Of a stretch of DNA of 64,000 bases, positions 10,666-21,422 are shown piece after piece. Made by a program: the position numbers and the translations under genes. The DNA is from Promethearchaeota archaeon. GTDB lineage: Archaea; Asgardarchaeota; Lokiarchaeia; Sigyniarchaeales; SOKP01. How positions within the stretch are numbered: the stretch's first letter is position 1; each line of letters starts with the position of its first letter. The DNA is taken from contig JABCSY010000007.1 of NCBI GenBank assembly GCA_018238625.1, forward strand, positions 1 to 64,000. Reading direction: 5' to 3'. The notes beneath the pieces were generated by a model. The model saw nothing but the letters and a program-made list of their open reading frames with translations, did not search any database and was not told the DNA's origin.

Positions 10666-12783
10666 ATGTCTGCAGAAACTATTTACGATAAGAAACTTTT
10701 TGTATACGATGAAGATTTTTCTCATTTAAAGAAAAATAGAGATCCTATGATAAAATGGACTTTATTTTTTTTTGCTTCTATAGCAACAATTTTTGTATTT
10801 TTGATAATAATCTTTTTATTTATAGAAGGTGCGCCCTTTTTTGGTGCAGTTCCTTTAAACGAATTTCTTTTTGGTACAAATTGGCTTCCTTCAAATGGAG
10901 ATTTTGGTGCCTTACCTATTATTGTTGACACACTTTTGGTTGTTTTGGGCGCTATAATTATTGCTTTACCTTTAGGGTTAGCAACAGCAATTTTTATAGC
11001 AGAGATTGCACCACCGAAACTTAGGAAAATTCTTAAATTTAGCGTGGAAATACTTGCGGGTATTCCCTCAATCGTATATGGATTTTTCGGTCTAATTGTT
11101 TTGAATGTCCTTATAAAAGATATATTTGGTTTACATCATGGAAATACATGGTTGTCTGGCTCTCTAATTTTAGCATTAATGGCTTTACCTACAATTGTAT
11201 CTGTATGTGAAGATGCAATAAGAGCTGTTCCAAATTATTATAGAGAAGCCTCTTATGCTATGGGAGCTACAAGATGGCAGACTATATATAAAGTAATAAT
11301 TCCCTCAGGTATGTCTGGAATTACTGCTGCTATAATTTTAGGTGTTGGTCGTGCTTTAGGTGAAACCATGGCAATGTTGTTAATAATAGGAAATTGTAAG
11401 ATATTTCCTGACCCAATTACAAACATGTTAGATTGTGTAGCAGTAATCACTTCAACAATAGCTGCAGGTTGGGGTCCTACTGAACAAGGAAGCTTAGAAC
11501 AAAGGAGTTATCTGGCCCTAGCAATTCTTCTCTTCTTAATGACTCTTATTATTAATACAATCGCTAATCTAATATTGTCTAGAATTCAAAGAAAATTTTC
11601 AGGTGAAAAACCCAAAGAAAGATTTTCAAAACTAAAAGAGCTTAGTTTTTATGAACGCTTTCAAAATTACAAACAATTGATATCAACCGTAATTATTTCT
11701 GGATTGATTATGTTAATTCCAATTGATTTGATGTCTAGGGTGATAGGAGTATCGATTTGTGTAGTATTGAGCTTAATAATTTATATTCGTAAAAATATAC
11801 CTCAAAACTATAAGAAAATGCTTACATATTCTGTTACCTTATCTATTGTAGGATGGATACTTAGTACTTGGATTGGAATATTCCTAGCAATATCCATATG
11901 CGTTTTATTTATAGGAACAGTATTTATAATCAGAAAAATATCCACAGTAGCTCAGCAAAAGTTATGGTTTTCACTAATTTATTTATGTTCTTTTTTTGTT
12001 GTATTGGCTGTCGGAATTTTAATATCTTACATAGTTGTTAGAGGTTTCCCTGTCTTGCTTGAACCGGACTTTCTTATAGGGTATCCAAGCCATAATGGGA
12101 GAGATGGTGGAATCTTTCCAGCAATTGTGGGAACACTCCAGCTTACCTTAGGATCGATATTATTTGCGCTCCCACTTGGTGTTTGTGCTGGAATTTATCT
12201 CTCTGAATATGCAAAAAACAATAGAATTACTAGATTTATAAGAGCCAATATTGATAATTTGAATGGTACGCCTTCCATAGTATTTGCCTTATTCGGCTTT
12301 GTATTTTTTATATTATTTTTTGGATTAGGAAGAAGTTTACTAGTAGGAATCTTAACCTTAGGATTAATGATTCTCCCAACAATAATAAGAACTACTGAAG
12401 AAGCTATTAAAGCAATACCTCAATCGTTTCGAGAAGGTAGTTTAGCTTTGGGTTCGAGTAAATGGAAGAGTATTAGCAAAATTGTGTTACCTGCTGCAGT
12501 TCCGGGAATTGTTACAGGGGCCGTTTTAGGTATGGGGCGTAGTGCTGGAGAAACAGCTCCAATCATGTTTACAGCAGTGAGATCCTCAGCAAGGTGGGTC
12601 ACATTCTCACTTTTTGAGCCTGTTATGGCTCTTACGTATCATTTATATAGATTAAATACAGAAGTATTAGGTGCTGTAGATAAAGCTGCGGGTACAGCTC
12701 TAACTTTATTGATATTAGTATTATTATTATACGGTCTTGCGTTTATCGTCAGATCTAAATACGAAAAAAGAAAACAATGGTGA
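10666..12783 (+). CDS. pstCA: Fused phosphate ABC permease PstC-PstA
   Basis: Two permease halves ([10 protein letters not shown]...GRALGETMA; LNGTPSIVF...GRSAGETAP) in one 705-aa ORF. Confidence 0.93.
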   Translation: MSAETIYDKKLFVYDEDFSHLKKNRDPMIKWTLFFFASIATIFVFLIIIFLFIEGAPFFGAVPLNEFLFGTNWLPSNGDFGALPIIVDTLLVVLGAIIIALPLGLATAIFIAEIAPPKLRKILKFSVEILAGIPSIVYGFFGLIVLNVLIKDIFGLHHGNTWLSGSLILALMALPTIVSVCEDAIRAVPNYYREASYAMGATRWQTIYKVIIPSGMSGITAAIILGVGRALGETMAMLLIIGNCKIFPDPITNMLDCVAVITSTIAAGWGPTEQGSLEQRSYLALAILLFLMTLIINTIANLILSRIQRKFSGEKPKERFSKLKELSFYERFQNYKQLISTVIISGLIMLIPIDLMSRVIGVSICVVLSLIIYIRKNIPQNYKKMLTYSVTLSIVGWILSTWIGIFLAISICVLFIGTVFIIRKISTVAQQKLWFSLIYLCSFFVVLAVGILISYIVVRGFPVLLEPDFLIGYPSHNGRDGGIFPAIVGTLQLTLGSILFALPLGVCAGIYLSEYAKNNRITRFIRANIDNLNGTPSIVFALFGFVFFILFFGLGRSLLVGILTLGLMILPTIIRTTEEAIKAIPQSFREGSLALGSSKWKSISKIVLPAAVPGIVTGAVLGMGRSAGETAPIMFTAVRSSARWVTFSLFEPVMALTYHLYRLNTEVLGAVDKAAGTALTLLILVLLLYGLAFIVRSKYEKRKQW

Positions 12784-13616
12784 TACATTTGGTATTGAAA
12801 ATTAAAAATAGAAATAAGCAAGAAATCAAAAATAACCACAATTCGGATATAGTAGGTGAAGAATCGTCCGTAATTGAGGTCAAGGATTTAAATCTTTGGT
12901 ATGAAACCAATCATGCTTTAAAGAATATTAATATGAAATTTAGTAAGAATAAAGTAACTGCAATTATTGGCCCTTCTGGATGTGGTAAGAGCACATTGCT
13001 AAGAAGCTTTAACAGAATGAACGATGTAATTGATGGTTGTAGGATTGAGGGAGAAGTTTTTTTCAATGGGAAGAATATATATGCTAATTCTGCAGATATT
13101 AGACTAAATAGAAAAAAAATTGGAATGATTTTCCAAAAACCAAACCCATTTCCTATGTCTATTTACGATAACATCACTTACGGCCCAAAAATACATAAAA
13201 TCGAGAATAGCGACATACTAGATGGAATTACAAATAAATGCCTTAAAAGAGCTGTTTTATGGGATGAAGTGAAAGAACGATTAGATGATTCCGCTATGGG
13301 ATTGTCTGGTGGACAGCAGCAACGTTTGTGCATTGCAAGAGCTTTAGCAGTGGAGCCCGAGGTATTATTAATGGACGAACCTACTGCCTCTCTTGATCCA
13401 ATCGCTACTCAAAAAATCGAAAATTTAATTCTTGAATTAAAAAAAGAATGGACCGTTATAATTGTTACACATAATATGCAACAAGCTGCTCGAATTTCTG
13501 ATTTTACAGGCTTTATGTATCTCGGAGAATTAATTGAATATGGAGCTACAACACAAATTTTTGAAAATCCACAAAAAAAATTAACTGAAAATTATATAAC
13601 AGGAAGATTTGGATAG
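12777..13616 (+). CDS. pstB: Phosphate ABC transporter ATPase
   Basis: [40 protein letters not shown]. Confidence 0.97.
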   Translation: MVIHLVLKIKNRNKQEIKNNHNSDIVGEESSVIEVKDLNLWYETNHALKNINMKFSKNKVTAIIGPSGCGKSTLLRSFNRMNDVIDGCRIEGEVFFNGKNIYANSADIRLNRKKIGMIFQKPNPFPMSIYDNITYGPKIHKIENSDILDGITNKCLKRAVLWDEVKERLDDSAMGLSGGQQQRLCIARALAVEPEVLLMDEPTASLDPIATQKIENLILELKKEWTVIIVTHNMQQAARISDFTGFMYLGELIEYGATTQIFENPQKKLTENYITGRFG

Positions 13617-13627
13617 GTGTAATTAAA

Positions 13628-14278
13628 ATGGCAAAAATATTCCATAAAGAACTTGTTGAATTAAAAAATGAAGTTGTTAAAATGGGTAACTTAGCCTTAA
13701 AGATGCTTGATGACTCTATGAGTGCGTTAATTACTCAAGATATTGAATTAGCAAAAAAAACAATAGAAAAAAAGACTTTATTGAAAAAATACGATTCCGA
13801 AATTGAAGCGAAAGCACTGAGACTTATAGCGTTATATCAACCAATGGCCATGGATTTGAGGTTATTGGCTACAATTCTAAAAATAATTACATATTTGACA
13901 AGATTGGGGCGATATGGAAAAGATATTGCCGTAGTTGTAGAAGAATTGTCTACAAAACCTTATCCTGCATCATTTATTAATTTAAAAAATATGTGGGAAC
14001 ATGTCAATACTATGGCTAAAGACTCGTTTAAAGCATTTGAAGAATCTGATATAAATTACATCGAAAATTTCGGAGAAAGAGATAACGAGGTTGATGAGAT
14101 GAGATGGAGCGTATTTAGAGAGAGTATAACCTATATGATGGAAGATCCTAAAGTTATTACCCCTTGTTTGTTTTTTGCTATGATCGCTCGTTATCTTGAA
14201 AGATGTGGAGATAATACTTGTAAAATTGCTGAAAAAGTCTATTATATGGTTACAGGTAAGCACATTGAAATTAAATAA
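13628..14278 (+). CDS. phoU: Phosphate signalling protein PhoU
   Basis: QPMAMDLR, RYLERCGD, IAEKVYYMVTG. Confidence 0.95.
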   Translation: MAKIFHKELVELKNEVVKMGNLALKMLDDSMSALITQDIELAKKTIEKKTLLKKYDSEIEAKALRLIALYQPMAMDLRLLATILKIITYLTRLGRYGKDIAVVVEELSTKPYPASFINLKNMWEHVNTMAKDSFKAFEESDINYIENFGERDNEVDEMRWSVFRESITYMMEDPKVITPCLFFAMIARYLERCGDNTCKIAEKVYYMVTGKHIEIK

Positions 14279-14305
14279 TTTATATCTGGGAGAATTTTCA
14301 ACGAA

Positions 14306-14734
14306 GTGCCTTTAAGCATGGAAAAAAAGAAAATTTTATTTATCTGCACACATAATTCAGCACGTTCTCAGATGGCTGAAGGCTTTGTAAACACCTTTTT
14401 TAGCGATAATTATGAAGCTTATAGCGCCGGTATTGCTTTTGTAAGACCTTATGCTATAAAAGTTATGCAAGAAATTAGTGTCGATATCTCCAAAGATCGT
14501 TCTAAACATTTAAGCGCGTTTTATGGGAAAGATTTCGATCTAGTCGTAACCGTATGCGACAATGCTAAAAAGATATGTCCTGTATTCCCTGGAGCAAAAA
14601 GAATGATACATCAATCTTTCGAAAATCCTTCGTCTGCTAAGGGAACTGAAGAAGAAATGTTAAAAGTTTACAGAAAAGTGAGAGATCAAATAAAAAATTG
14701 GTTAGTTGAAAATTTGGAAACCATAAAGAAATAG
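14306..14734 (+). CDS. arsC: Thioredoxin-type arsenate reductase (LMW-PTP fold); start probably ATG 14318
   Basis: CTHNSARSQMAE P-loop, VC...CP cysteines. Confidence 0.88.
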   Translation: MPLSMEKKKILFICTHNSARSQMAEGFVNTFFSDNYEAYSAGIAFVRPYAIKVMQEISVDISKDRSKHLSAFYGKDFDLVVTVCDNAKKICPVFPGAKRMIHQSFENPSSAKGTEEEMLKVYRKVRDQIKNWLVENLETIKK

Positions 14735-14782
14735 GAAGAATTAAGACCTAAGAAAATCATCTACTGGTAAAACTATGTGTAA

Positions 14783-15144
14783 TTATCCAATATAGCCATT
14801 AACAACTGTGAGAAATTTTACAATGTTAAATGGTTTGATTAGATAATCAGTGAATCCTATATTGAAAGCTTTTTCTCGATTACCATTTAACGCAATGGTT
14901 GAAACTGCAATTATCGGCAAATCTTTAGTATCTTTATTTTTCTTAAGAAGTTTTGTTGCCTCAAATCCATTCATTATTGGCAATTGGATATCCATTAAAA
15001 TTAAATCTGGTTTTATATTAATCGCCATTTCAACCCCAGCTTTCCCGTTAATGGCTTCCAATACTTTAAATCCATTTTTTTAAGTAAGAATGCAATCATT
15101 TCTCGATTATTTTTATCATTTTCAACTATAAGAATTTTTGCTAT
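14783..15144 (-). pseudogene. Frameshifted CheY-like response regulator
   Basis: N-terminal IAKILIVENDKNNREMIAFLLKK lies in another frame; an A7 run (15075-15081) needs A8 to join NGFKVLEA...DLILMDIQLP; the apparent start is ATA. Confidence 0.75.
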
Positions 15145-15159
15145 GTTTTCATCTCTCTT

Positions 15160-17046
15160 TTATGCTTTCACTTCGATTTGAAGGGGCAAAATAAAATTAA
15201 AATCGCTGCCTTTCCCTAATTCACTTTGAACTGAAATCTCTCCCCCTAATAGATTCACTAACTTCTTTGAAAGATATAAACCTAATCCAGTTCCTTTCAT
15301 ACTCTTTTCTATTGATGAATCAACCTGTTGGAATGGTCTGAAAAGTTTATTAATACCCTCTTCACTTATGCCAATACCGTTGTCAATAATGTGAACTTTA
15401 AGATGTTTATTATTAGCAATTCTTGTCTTGATAGAAATTTTGCCACCCTTGGGAGTAAATTTAATTGCATTACCAATAAGATTAAATAAAACTTGCTTCA
15501 TACGTCCTTCATCTGATATTAATTTACTATTTACATTAAGATCTGTTGATATTTCAAGAGATTTTTCAGAGGATTTTGGTGTTAATGCTTCAAGTACTTC
15601 ACTGAGTAAATCATTAAAATTAAATTCCGCTGGATGTAATTCAAATTTTCCAGCTTCAATTTTAGAGATATCCAAAACTCCATTAATAAGATTCAAGAGA
15701 TGTTTTGCACTATTGAAAACAGAGTTAAGTTGCTGTTGTTGTTCTTCTGTTGTGTCGCCTGAATAACCAAGCATCATTAATTCAGTAAAGCCCATTATTG
15801 ATACTAATGGTGTTCGTAATTCATGACTCATTGAGGCTAGAAATAACGACTTTAGTTTTTCTGTTTCTTCTAACCGAATATTTATCTGTTCTAATTCGAC
15901 AGTTCTCAGTTTAACCAATTCTTCTAAATAGCTTTCCAATGTTTCTATTGGTTCTGTTGTCGAAGTAGTACCTAATGGAAAAATTTCTTTAATCAATTTA
16001 GTTGCTTCACGAAAATTATCAACATCATTCATACCTACCCTAAGTAATTTCTCATATTGACTTTCAAATGCTCTAGTAAAATTCTCTAAAGCTTCTCGTA
16101 AGATCGGAGATTGTCTTGAGGATAGAAGTACCGTAGTTATATAATTAGCATGCTTAAAAAGAACTGTTGAATTTTCTAACCTAAGTTCCTCTACTTGTCC
16201 TGATGTACTAATCTTTTGGCTGAGTTGTTGAAGAACTGGCATCCATTTAACAAAACCTTTCTGTTCAGCCAATTTTGAGGTTCCTCGTAATTGCCAGGAA
16301 AAATCAAAAAGAGGTATTCCAGTTTGATTAGTTATAACTGTAATTCGCCGTCCCTCAAACGATAAAATATATAATAATTTTGGTTGACGATAAATAAAAT
16401 ACGCTGTAATAGATATTGATACTGTTGTTAAAAGATAACCCATTGGAAATATCAACCATAACCCTAACAGAAAGAGGAAAATACAACATATATAGAATAT
16501 TAATGAGGTTAAAAATAAATAAAAGGCATCTCTCACTAACTCTGGTGGAGCTCTTCTCCACGCTTTAAAAAACCAACTTGTCAATTGGAAACAAAGTGCA
16601 AATAATGCTAAAATATTTATAATTTGCAAAGGTCCTTTCATTCCTAAAGTTGGATATCCCCCGTATTCATGAATATAAAATTGGATATTTCCAGGAATAA
16701 AGATTAAAACGATAGTGCTACCTATGATGATGCTCGCTATTATAACTTTATAATAACTTATTCGTTCTTTAGTAATATAGTCTACATTCAAGATTAAAGC
16801 AAATAAACCAATGGATCCTCCCATCATACTTAAACGCTTCATTTCAAAACTTAGAAAAAGATAAGCCATTGTTTCAAAAAGATGAAAAGCAGCAAACCAA
16901 GAAAATGCAACTAATGTCAATAAGTATAACTTTGTTTTTCGGGTATATGTATACCAAAATAAAATAAGACAAAAAATCGAGAAAAATATGAAAGCAATAA
17001 AGGTTATTAATACTTCAATGTTCCAGTTTAGTGCTATAAAAATCAT
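15160..17046 (-). CDS. Membrane sensor histidine kinase (7TM + longin-like + HisKA + HATPase)
   Basis: SMSHELRTPL H-box, NLIGNAIKFT, DNGIGI, GTGLGL. Confidence 0.93.
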   Translation of the reverse strand: MIFIALNWNIEVLITFIAFIFFSIFCLILFWYTYTRKTKLYLLTLVAFSWFAAFHLFETMAYLFLSFEMKRLSMMGGSIGLFALILNVDYITKERISYYKVIIASIIIGSTIVLIFIPGNIQFYIHEYGGYPTLGMKGPLQIINILALFALCFQLTSWFFKAWRRAPPELVRDAFYLFLTSLIFYICCIFLFLLGLWLIFPMGYLLTTVSISITAYFIYRQPKLLYILSFEGRRITVITNQTGIPLFDFSWQLRGTSKLAEQKGFVKWMPVLQQLSQKISTSGQVEELRLENSTVLFKHANYITTVLLSSRQSPILREALENFTRAFESQYEKLLRVGMNDVDNFREATKLIKEIFPLGTTSTTEPIETLESYLEELVKLRTVELEQINIRLEETEKLKSLFLASMSHELRTPLVSIMGFTELMMLGYSGDTTEEQQQQLNSVFNSAKHLLNLINGVLDISKIEAGKFELHPAEFNFNDLLSEVLEALTPKSSEKSLEISTDLNVNSKLISDEGRMKQVLFNLIGNAIKFTPKGGKISIKTRIANNKHLKVHIIDNGIGISEEGINKLFRPFQQVDSSIEKSMKGTGLGLYLSKKLVNLLGGEISVQSELGKGSDFNFILPLQIEVKA

Positions 17047-17307
17047 GAAATACTTATCTATTATTACAAGTTAACTTAGAGTACTCCCTAATTAAAAATT
17101 AGGTGTTTATACTAATAAAAGATATTAGAAAGGATATTTAAATATAGAGAAAACCAAAAATGTTGTCGCTTTTTCTCGAACTAAATATTTTTGGTTTTTT
17201 AAACTTATGATTTATGTGAAAAAAATCTATTAATGAATGCTTAATTTTGATATTTAGAGTTAAAACATCGATTTTAGCTTTTTTATTACTATAATTTCTG
17301 ATATGCT

Positions 17308-19143
17308 ATGGTGTTTAATAAGAAAGAATTAACAGTTGAACCCGTGGTGGAGTTTTCTTCGGGTAAAGACCCGTATGTAAAATCGCGGAAAAAGGGGGCT
17401 ACCAGATGGATTTTAGCTCACGTATTTCACGGCTCGAACAAATTGTTTGTGGTTGTTGTAGTTTTTATAATTATCCTTTCTGCTAATTTATCCTCAATTA
17501 CATATATTATAATTGGCGAAACAATATCAGCACTGCTAAGTGGAATGACGGCTTTGCTTGGAAATTATATTTTAACTTTATTTTTATTAGGGATAAGCGG
17601 GCCCATAATGAGAATTGTGAGTCGAATGTTAATAGAGGTTTTAGCTCAGAGGTTAGAAAGAGACGCACGAAGAGAGTTCTTCACAAATCTATTAGGAAAA
17701 AGTCAATCGTTTCACGACAGACAAAAGATTGGAGAGTTAATGGCAAGGGTTACTGATGATGTTCGGATGTTGAATTTCTTAATCAGCCCGGCTTTATCGT
17801 TAATTATAGAATCCTTTACATTTCTATTTATCCCTATTATTTACATTGTTATGTATTTCCCTTTTCAGTTAATTATTGAACCTGTATTCTTTTCTATATC
17901 GTTTCTTATCTTATTGAAGTCTTATTCGCGTAAAATTGGACCTGTAACGGCCCGTTTAAGGGGAAGCTTTGGTTTAATGACTGCTTCTTTAAGCGAGACC
18001 TTATCGGGCATCGAAGTAGTTAAAGCTACAGTCCAAGAAGAAAAAGAGATGAAAAAGTATTTTAAACATATAAATAATTATAAAAAGGCGTTTATCGAGC
18101 GAGGTAAGCTACAGGCAAAGTATCTTCCTATTTTAGTTCTTGCATTAGTTATAACAGCTGGTTTTGCTCATAGTATTGTGCTATTTAATTTAGGTTTAAT
18201 GGATATCGGGCAAATTATTGCTTTCTTGGGAATTTTGGGGTTGCTCCGTTTTCCTACCAACATTTCTATGTTTGTTTTTGCTATCTTTCGATTAGCAGCA
18301 TCAAGTGCAGATAGACTGCTCGAGTTAATGAATAAAAAAACTGAGATTGACGAGAATAAAGAAGGTAAAAAGAAGGTTTTTAACGGCCATATAACATTTG
18401 AGAATGTGGATTTTATCTACCCTGATGGTAAGACACCTGTGTTAAAAGATATCTCGTTTGAAGTTAAACCTGGGCAGACAGTTGCGATAGTTGGTACAAC
18501 GGGATCTGGAAAAACTACGCTAACTAAATTAATCTCCAGGCTATATGATGTTTCTAAAGGGCGAATTTTAATTGATGGGAGCGAAATTCGGGATTATGCT
18601 TTACAAACTTTGCGAGATCAAATTTCTTATATCGAGCAAGATGTATTCTTATTCTCTACAACCATTTTTGACAATATATCTTTTGGGCGAGTAAGTTCAT
18701 TAGAGCAAGTTATTAATGTGGCTCAACAAGCACAAGCTCATGATTTTATCAGCGAGTTGCCTGAAGAATATCAGTCGAAGGTAGGAGAAAGAGGAGTTCA
18801 GCTTAGCGGAGGAGAAAGGCAAAGAATTGCCATAGCACGAGCCTTTTTATCCGATCCTCGAATTCTTATTTTAGACGATTCAACTTCAGCTATCGACTCT
18901 AACACAGAGGACAAAATTCAGTTTGCAATTAAAAACATTTTGAAAAATCGCACTACAATTTTAATAACGCACCGATTATCGCAAATTAGATGGGCTGATT
19001 TAATTATAGTTTTAAAAAATGGTGAAATCGCAGCTAAAGGGAACCATGAAGAGTTACTAAAAACTTCCGAAGAATATCGCAAAATTTTCGTTAAGAAATT
19101 TGATATCGAAGAAGATCAATTGCTTAAGGAGGTGAGAAAATAG
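17308..19143 (+). CDS. ABC exporter permease/ATPase, heterodimer subunit 1
   Basis: GTTGSGKT, LSGGERQR, degenerate ILDDSTS. Confidence 0.93.
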   Translation: MVFNKKELTVEPVVEFSSGKDPYVKSRKKGATRWILAHVFHGSNKLFVVVVVFIIILSANLSSITYIIIGETISALLSGMTALLGNYILTLFLLGISGPIMRIVSRMLIEVLAQRLERDARREFFTNLLGKSQSFHDRQKIGELMARVTDDVRMLNFLISPALSLIIESFTFLFIPIIYIVMYFPFQLIIEPVFFSISFLILLKSYSRKIGPVTARLRGSFGLMTASLSETLSGIEVVKATVQEEKEMKKYFKHINNYKKAFIERGKLQAKYLPILVLALVITAGFAHSIVLFNLGLMDIGQIIAFLGILGLLRFPTNISMFVFAIFRLAASSADRLLELMNKKTEIDENKEGKKKVFNGHITFENVDFIYPDGKTPVLKDISFEVKPGQTVAIVGTTGSGKTTLTKLISRLYDVSKGRILIDGSEIRDYALQTLRDQISYIEQDVFLFSTTIFDNISFGRVSSLEQVINVAQQAQAHDFISELPEEYQSKVGERGVQLSGGERQRIAIARAFLSDPRILILDDSTSAIDSNTEDKIQFAIKNILKNRTTILITHRLSQIRWADLIIVLKNGEIAAKGNHEELLKTSEEYRKIFVKKFDIEEDQLLKEVRK

Positions 19144-19144
19144 T

Positions 19145-20950
19145 TTGTGGGTGGGTCTTGAAGCAGAAGAATACGATCGCAAATATCAGGATAAGGATTT
19201 ACTGAAACGAATTGTATCTTATTTCTCGCCTTATAAGCGAGCAATGTTTCTTGTAATTTTCTTTCTTACTATCTCATCGCTTACCGTTGCTTTTCAACCG
19301 ATTATAGTTTCTCTAATTATTAGTAATTTAGAAACTACTCCAGATTTAGTCTATATTTTATTCTTAATCTTTATCATTTTCACATTTAGTATTTCAAGCT
19401 GGGTTTTTAATTATATTAGACAGATATATTCTAATCGAGTAATTGGAAGCGTAGTACTAGATATTAGAAGGGACGCTCATCAATCTGTTGTCAATCACGA
19501 TTTGTCTTTTTTTGATAAGAACCCAATAGGAAAAATAGTTTCAAGAATCAATACAGACTCTAGGGACTTCGGAGAGACGGTTGGATTGTCAATTGAGGTA
19601 GTTTCCTCTGTTGTCGTCTTAATTCTTTTAATAATTGTGATGTTAACTGTGAATGTAGTTTTAACTCTCGTTCTCCTTATAACTCTCCCATTATTTTTTG
19701 TAGCAGCGTTGTCATTTAGGAAATTTGCGAGAAAGATGACATTGCTAGGGCAGCGTGCCCTAGCTTCAGTAAACGCCTATACAAAAGAAAGCTTTTCTGG
19801 CATCCAAATAGCAAAAACATTCAGGCGAGAAAAAAAAGTTTACGATGACTTTATTCAAGTGAATAACCAATCTTATAAGGTGAATTTAAAAAGAGCTTTC
19901 TTGTTGAATGCTATCTTTCCTACTCTTGGTTTAATTCAAGGTTTTGTTACGATGTTGTTAATTTTAATAGGAAGTAACTTAGTAATAGAAGGGTTTGTCG
20001 GAGTAGGAGAATTAGTTCTCTTCATTCAAAGCATAAATCTATTATTTTTTCCCTTACTCGTTATAGCATCTTTCTGGCCTATGTTTCAAACGGGGATGGC
20101 CGCTTCAGAGAGAATTTTTGCAATAATAGATACTCTCCCTCTTGTTGTTCAAAAAGACAGCATTAAGCCTTCAAAACTAAAAGGTGAAATCGAATTCAAG
20201 AATTTATCTTTTGGATATGATAAAGCTAAACTAATATTTGATAACTTCTCGCTAAAGATTAACCCCGGAGAATCAATTGCTCTCGTTGGCCATACTGGGG
20301 CGGGTAAATCTAGTATTGCTAAATTAATCGCTAGATTCTACGAATTTCAAGGTGGAGAAATTTTAGTTGATGGCAAGAGTATTAGGGATTACGATCTCAA
20401 CGAATACCGGAAGCACATAGGCATTATCCCACAAACACCGTTCTTATGGGCTGATACTGTAGAAAACAATATCAAATATGGGTGTGAATCTGCCACAGAA
20501 AAAGATGTACTTAACGCACTAAGTATAAGTGGCGGGTCCGAATGGGTGGAAAGCTTATCAAAAGGTTTAAGAACTGAAGTACGCGAGAGAGGGACGCTTC
20601 TATCGATGGGACAGCGCCAATTAGTGGTTTTTGCTCGCGTATTGTTAGAAAGCCCTTCAATTCTTATCTTAGACGAAGCAACGGCTTCAGTCGATCCATT
20701 TACTGAAACAAAAATTCAGGACGCTTTAGAAAAAACGATTGAAGGACGCACTTCAATTATTATTGCTCATCGCTTATGGACCGTTAGACACGTTGATAGA
20801 ATTGTCGTTCTGGATCACGGTAAAATAGTGGAAGAAGGAAATCACGATGAATTAATGAAACGAGGAGGTACTTACGCCAACCTTTATAACACTTATTTCC
20901 GACATCAATCTCTTCAATACATTGAGGATATGGGAAAATCTAACATCTAA
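19145..20950 (+). CDS. ABC exporter permease/ATPase, heterodimer subunit 2
   Basis: GHTGAGKS, LSMGQRQL, ILDEATA. Confidence 0.93.
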   Translation: MWVGLEAEEYDRKYQDKDLLKRIVSYFSPYKRAMFLVIFFLTISSLTVAFQPIIVSLIISNLETTPDLVYILFLIFIIFTFSISSWVFNYIRQIYSNRVIGSVVLDIRRDAHQSVVNHDLSFFDKNPIGKIVSRINTDSRDFGETVGLSIEVVSSVVVLILLIIVMLTVNVVLTLVLLITLPLFFVAALSFRKFARKMTLLGQRALASVNAYTKESFSGIQIAKTFRREKKVYDDFIQVNNQSYKVNLKRAFLLNAIFPTLGLIQGFVTMLLILIGSNLVIEGFVGVGELVLFIQSINLLFFPLLVIASFWPMFQTGMAASERIFAIIDTLPLVVQKDSIKPSKLKGEIEFKNLSFGYDKAKLIFDNFSLKINPGESIALVGHTGAGKSSIAKLIARFYEFQGGEILVDGKSIRDYDLNEYRKHIGIIPQTPFLWADTVENNIKYGCESATEKDVLNALSISGGSEWVESLSKGLRTEVRERGTLLSMGQRQLVVFARVLLESPSILILDEATASVDPFTETKIQDALEKTIEGRTSIIIAHRLWTVRHVDRIVVLDHGKIVEEGNHDELMKRGGTYANLYNTYFRHQSLQYIEDMGKSNI

Positions 20951-21147
20951 TAAGTTTCATTGGCTATTTTTTTTTTCCAAATTTAATTGAATAGTAGCTT
21001 TTTTTACCGAATGATTAATATATGTTATTTTGATTCCTTACTATAGTAAGTCCGATTAAAAATCAATTCATTTTAAAAAAGAAGATGGAAAATACTGAAA
21101 TAACTGGTTATAAATGCGTTTTACAGAAATATTTTAGTCAATTCTCC

Positions 21148-21255
21148 ATCATGAAAGAAGCGGTCTCGAGATGCTGGATGCAATAGCGCTGATGTGGCCC
21201 TTGAAGGCTACTACGGAAAAGGTTTAGCCATTACGGACTAGAACGCTTCAATGAT
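21148..21255. ncRNA. Candidate structured non-coding RNA (multibranch)
   Basis: GC-rich intergenic island; GAAGCGGTCT (21157-66) pairs with AGAACGCTTC (21240-49); inner hairpin GTGGCC-CTTGAA-GGCTAC. Confidence 0.45.
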
Positions 21256-21266
21256 AATTATTATCA
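21252..21266. promoter_or_regulatory. Perfect 7-1-7 Fur-box-like palindrome TGATAAT-T-ATTATCA
   Basis: Exact match to the 7-1-7 Fur consensus. Confidence 0.4.
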
Positions 21267-21422
21267 TAAGCAGATATAGTGTTATTTTAAGTCTATGATT
21301 AAAAAAGCTATATTCTAGAATTATGAGAGGGTATATGAACCATAATTCAGTTCAATTTAGGTTTAAGATGATTATAGCATAGATAGAAAGGTTTAAATAA
21401 TAGAAAGGTCTTTTATCTAGTA

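Noticed and set aside
21157-21249. tRNA-Sec (UCA, - strand) or tRNA-Ser (UGA, + strand)
   Set aside because: Anticodon-like loop is 6 nt, there is no TTCRA T-loop and arm spacing is wrong; kept only as an unknown RNA
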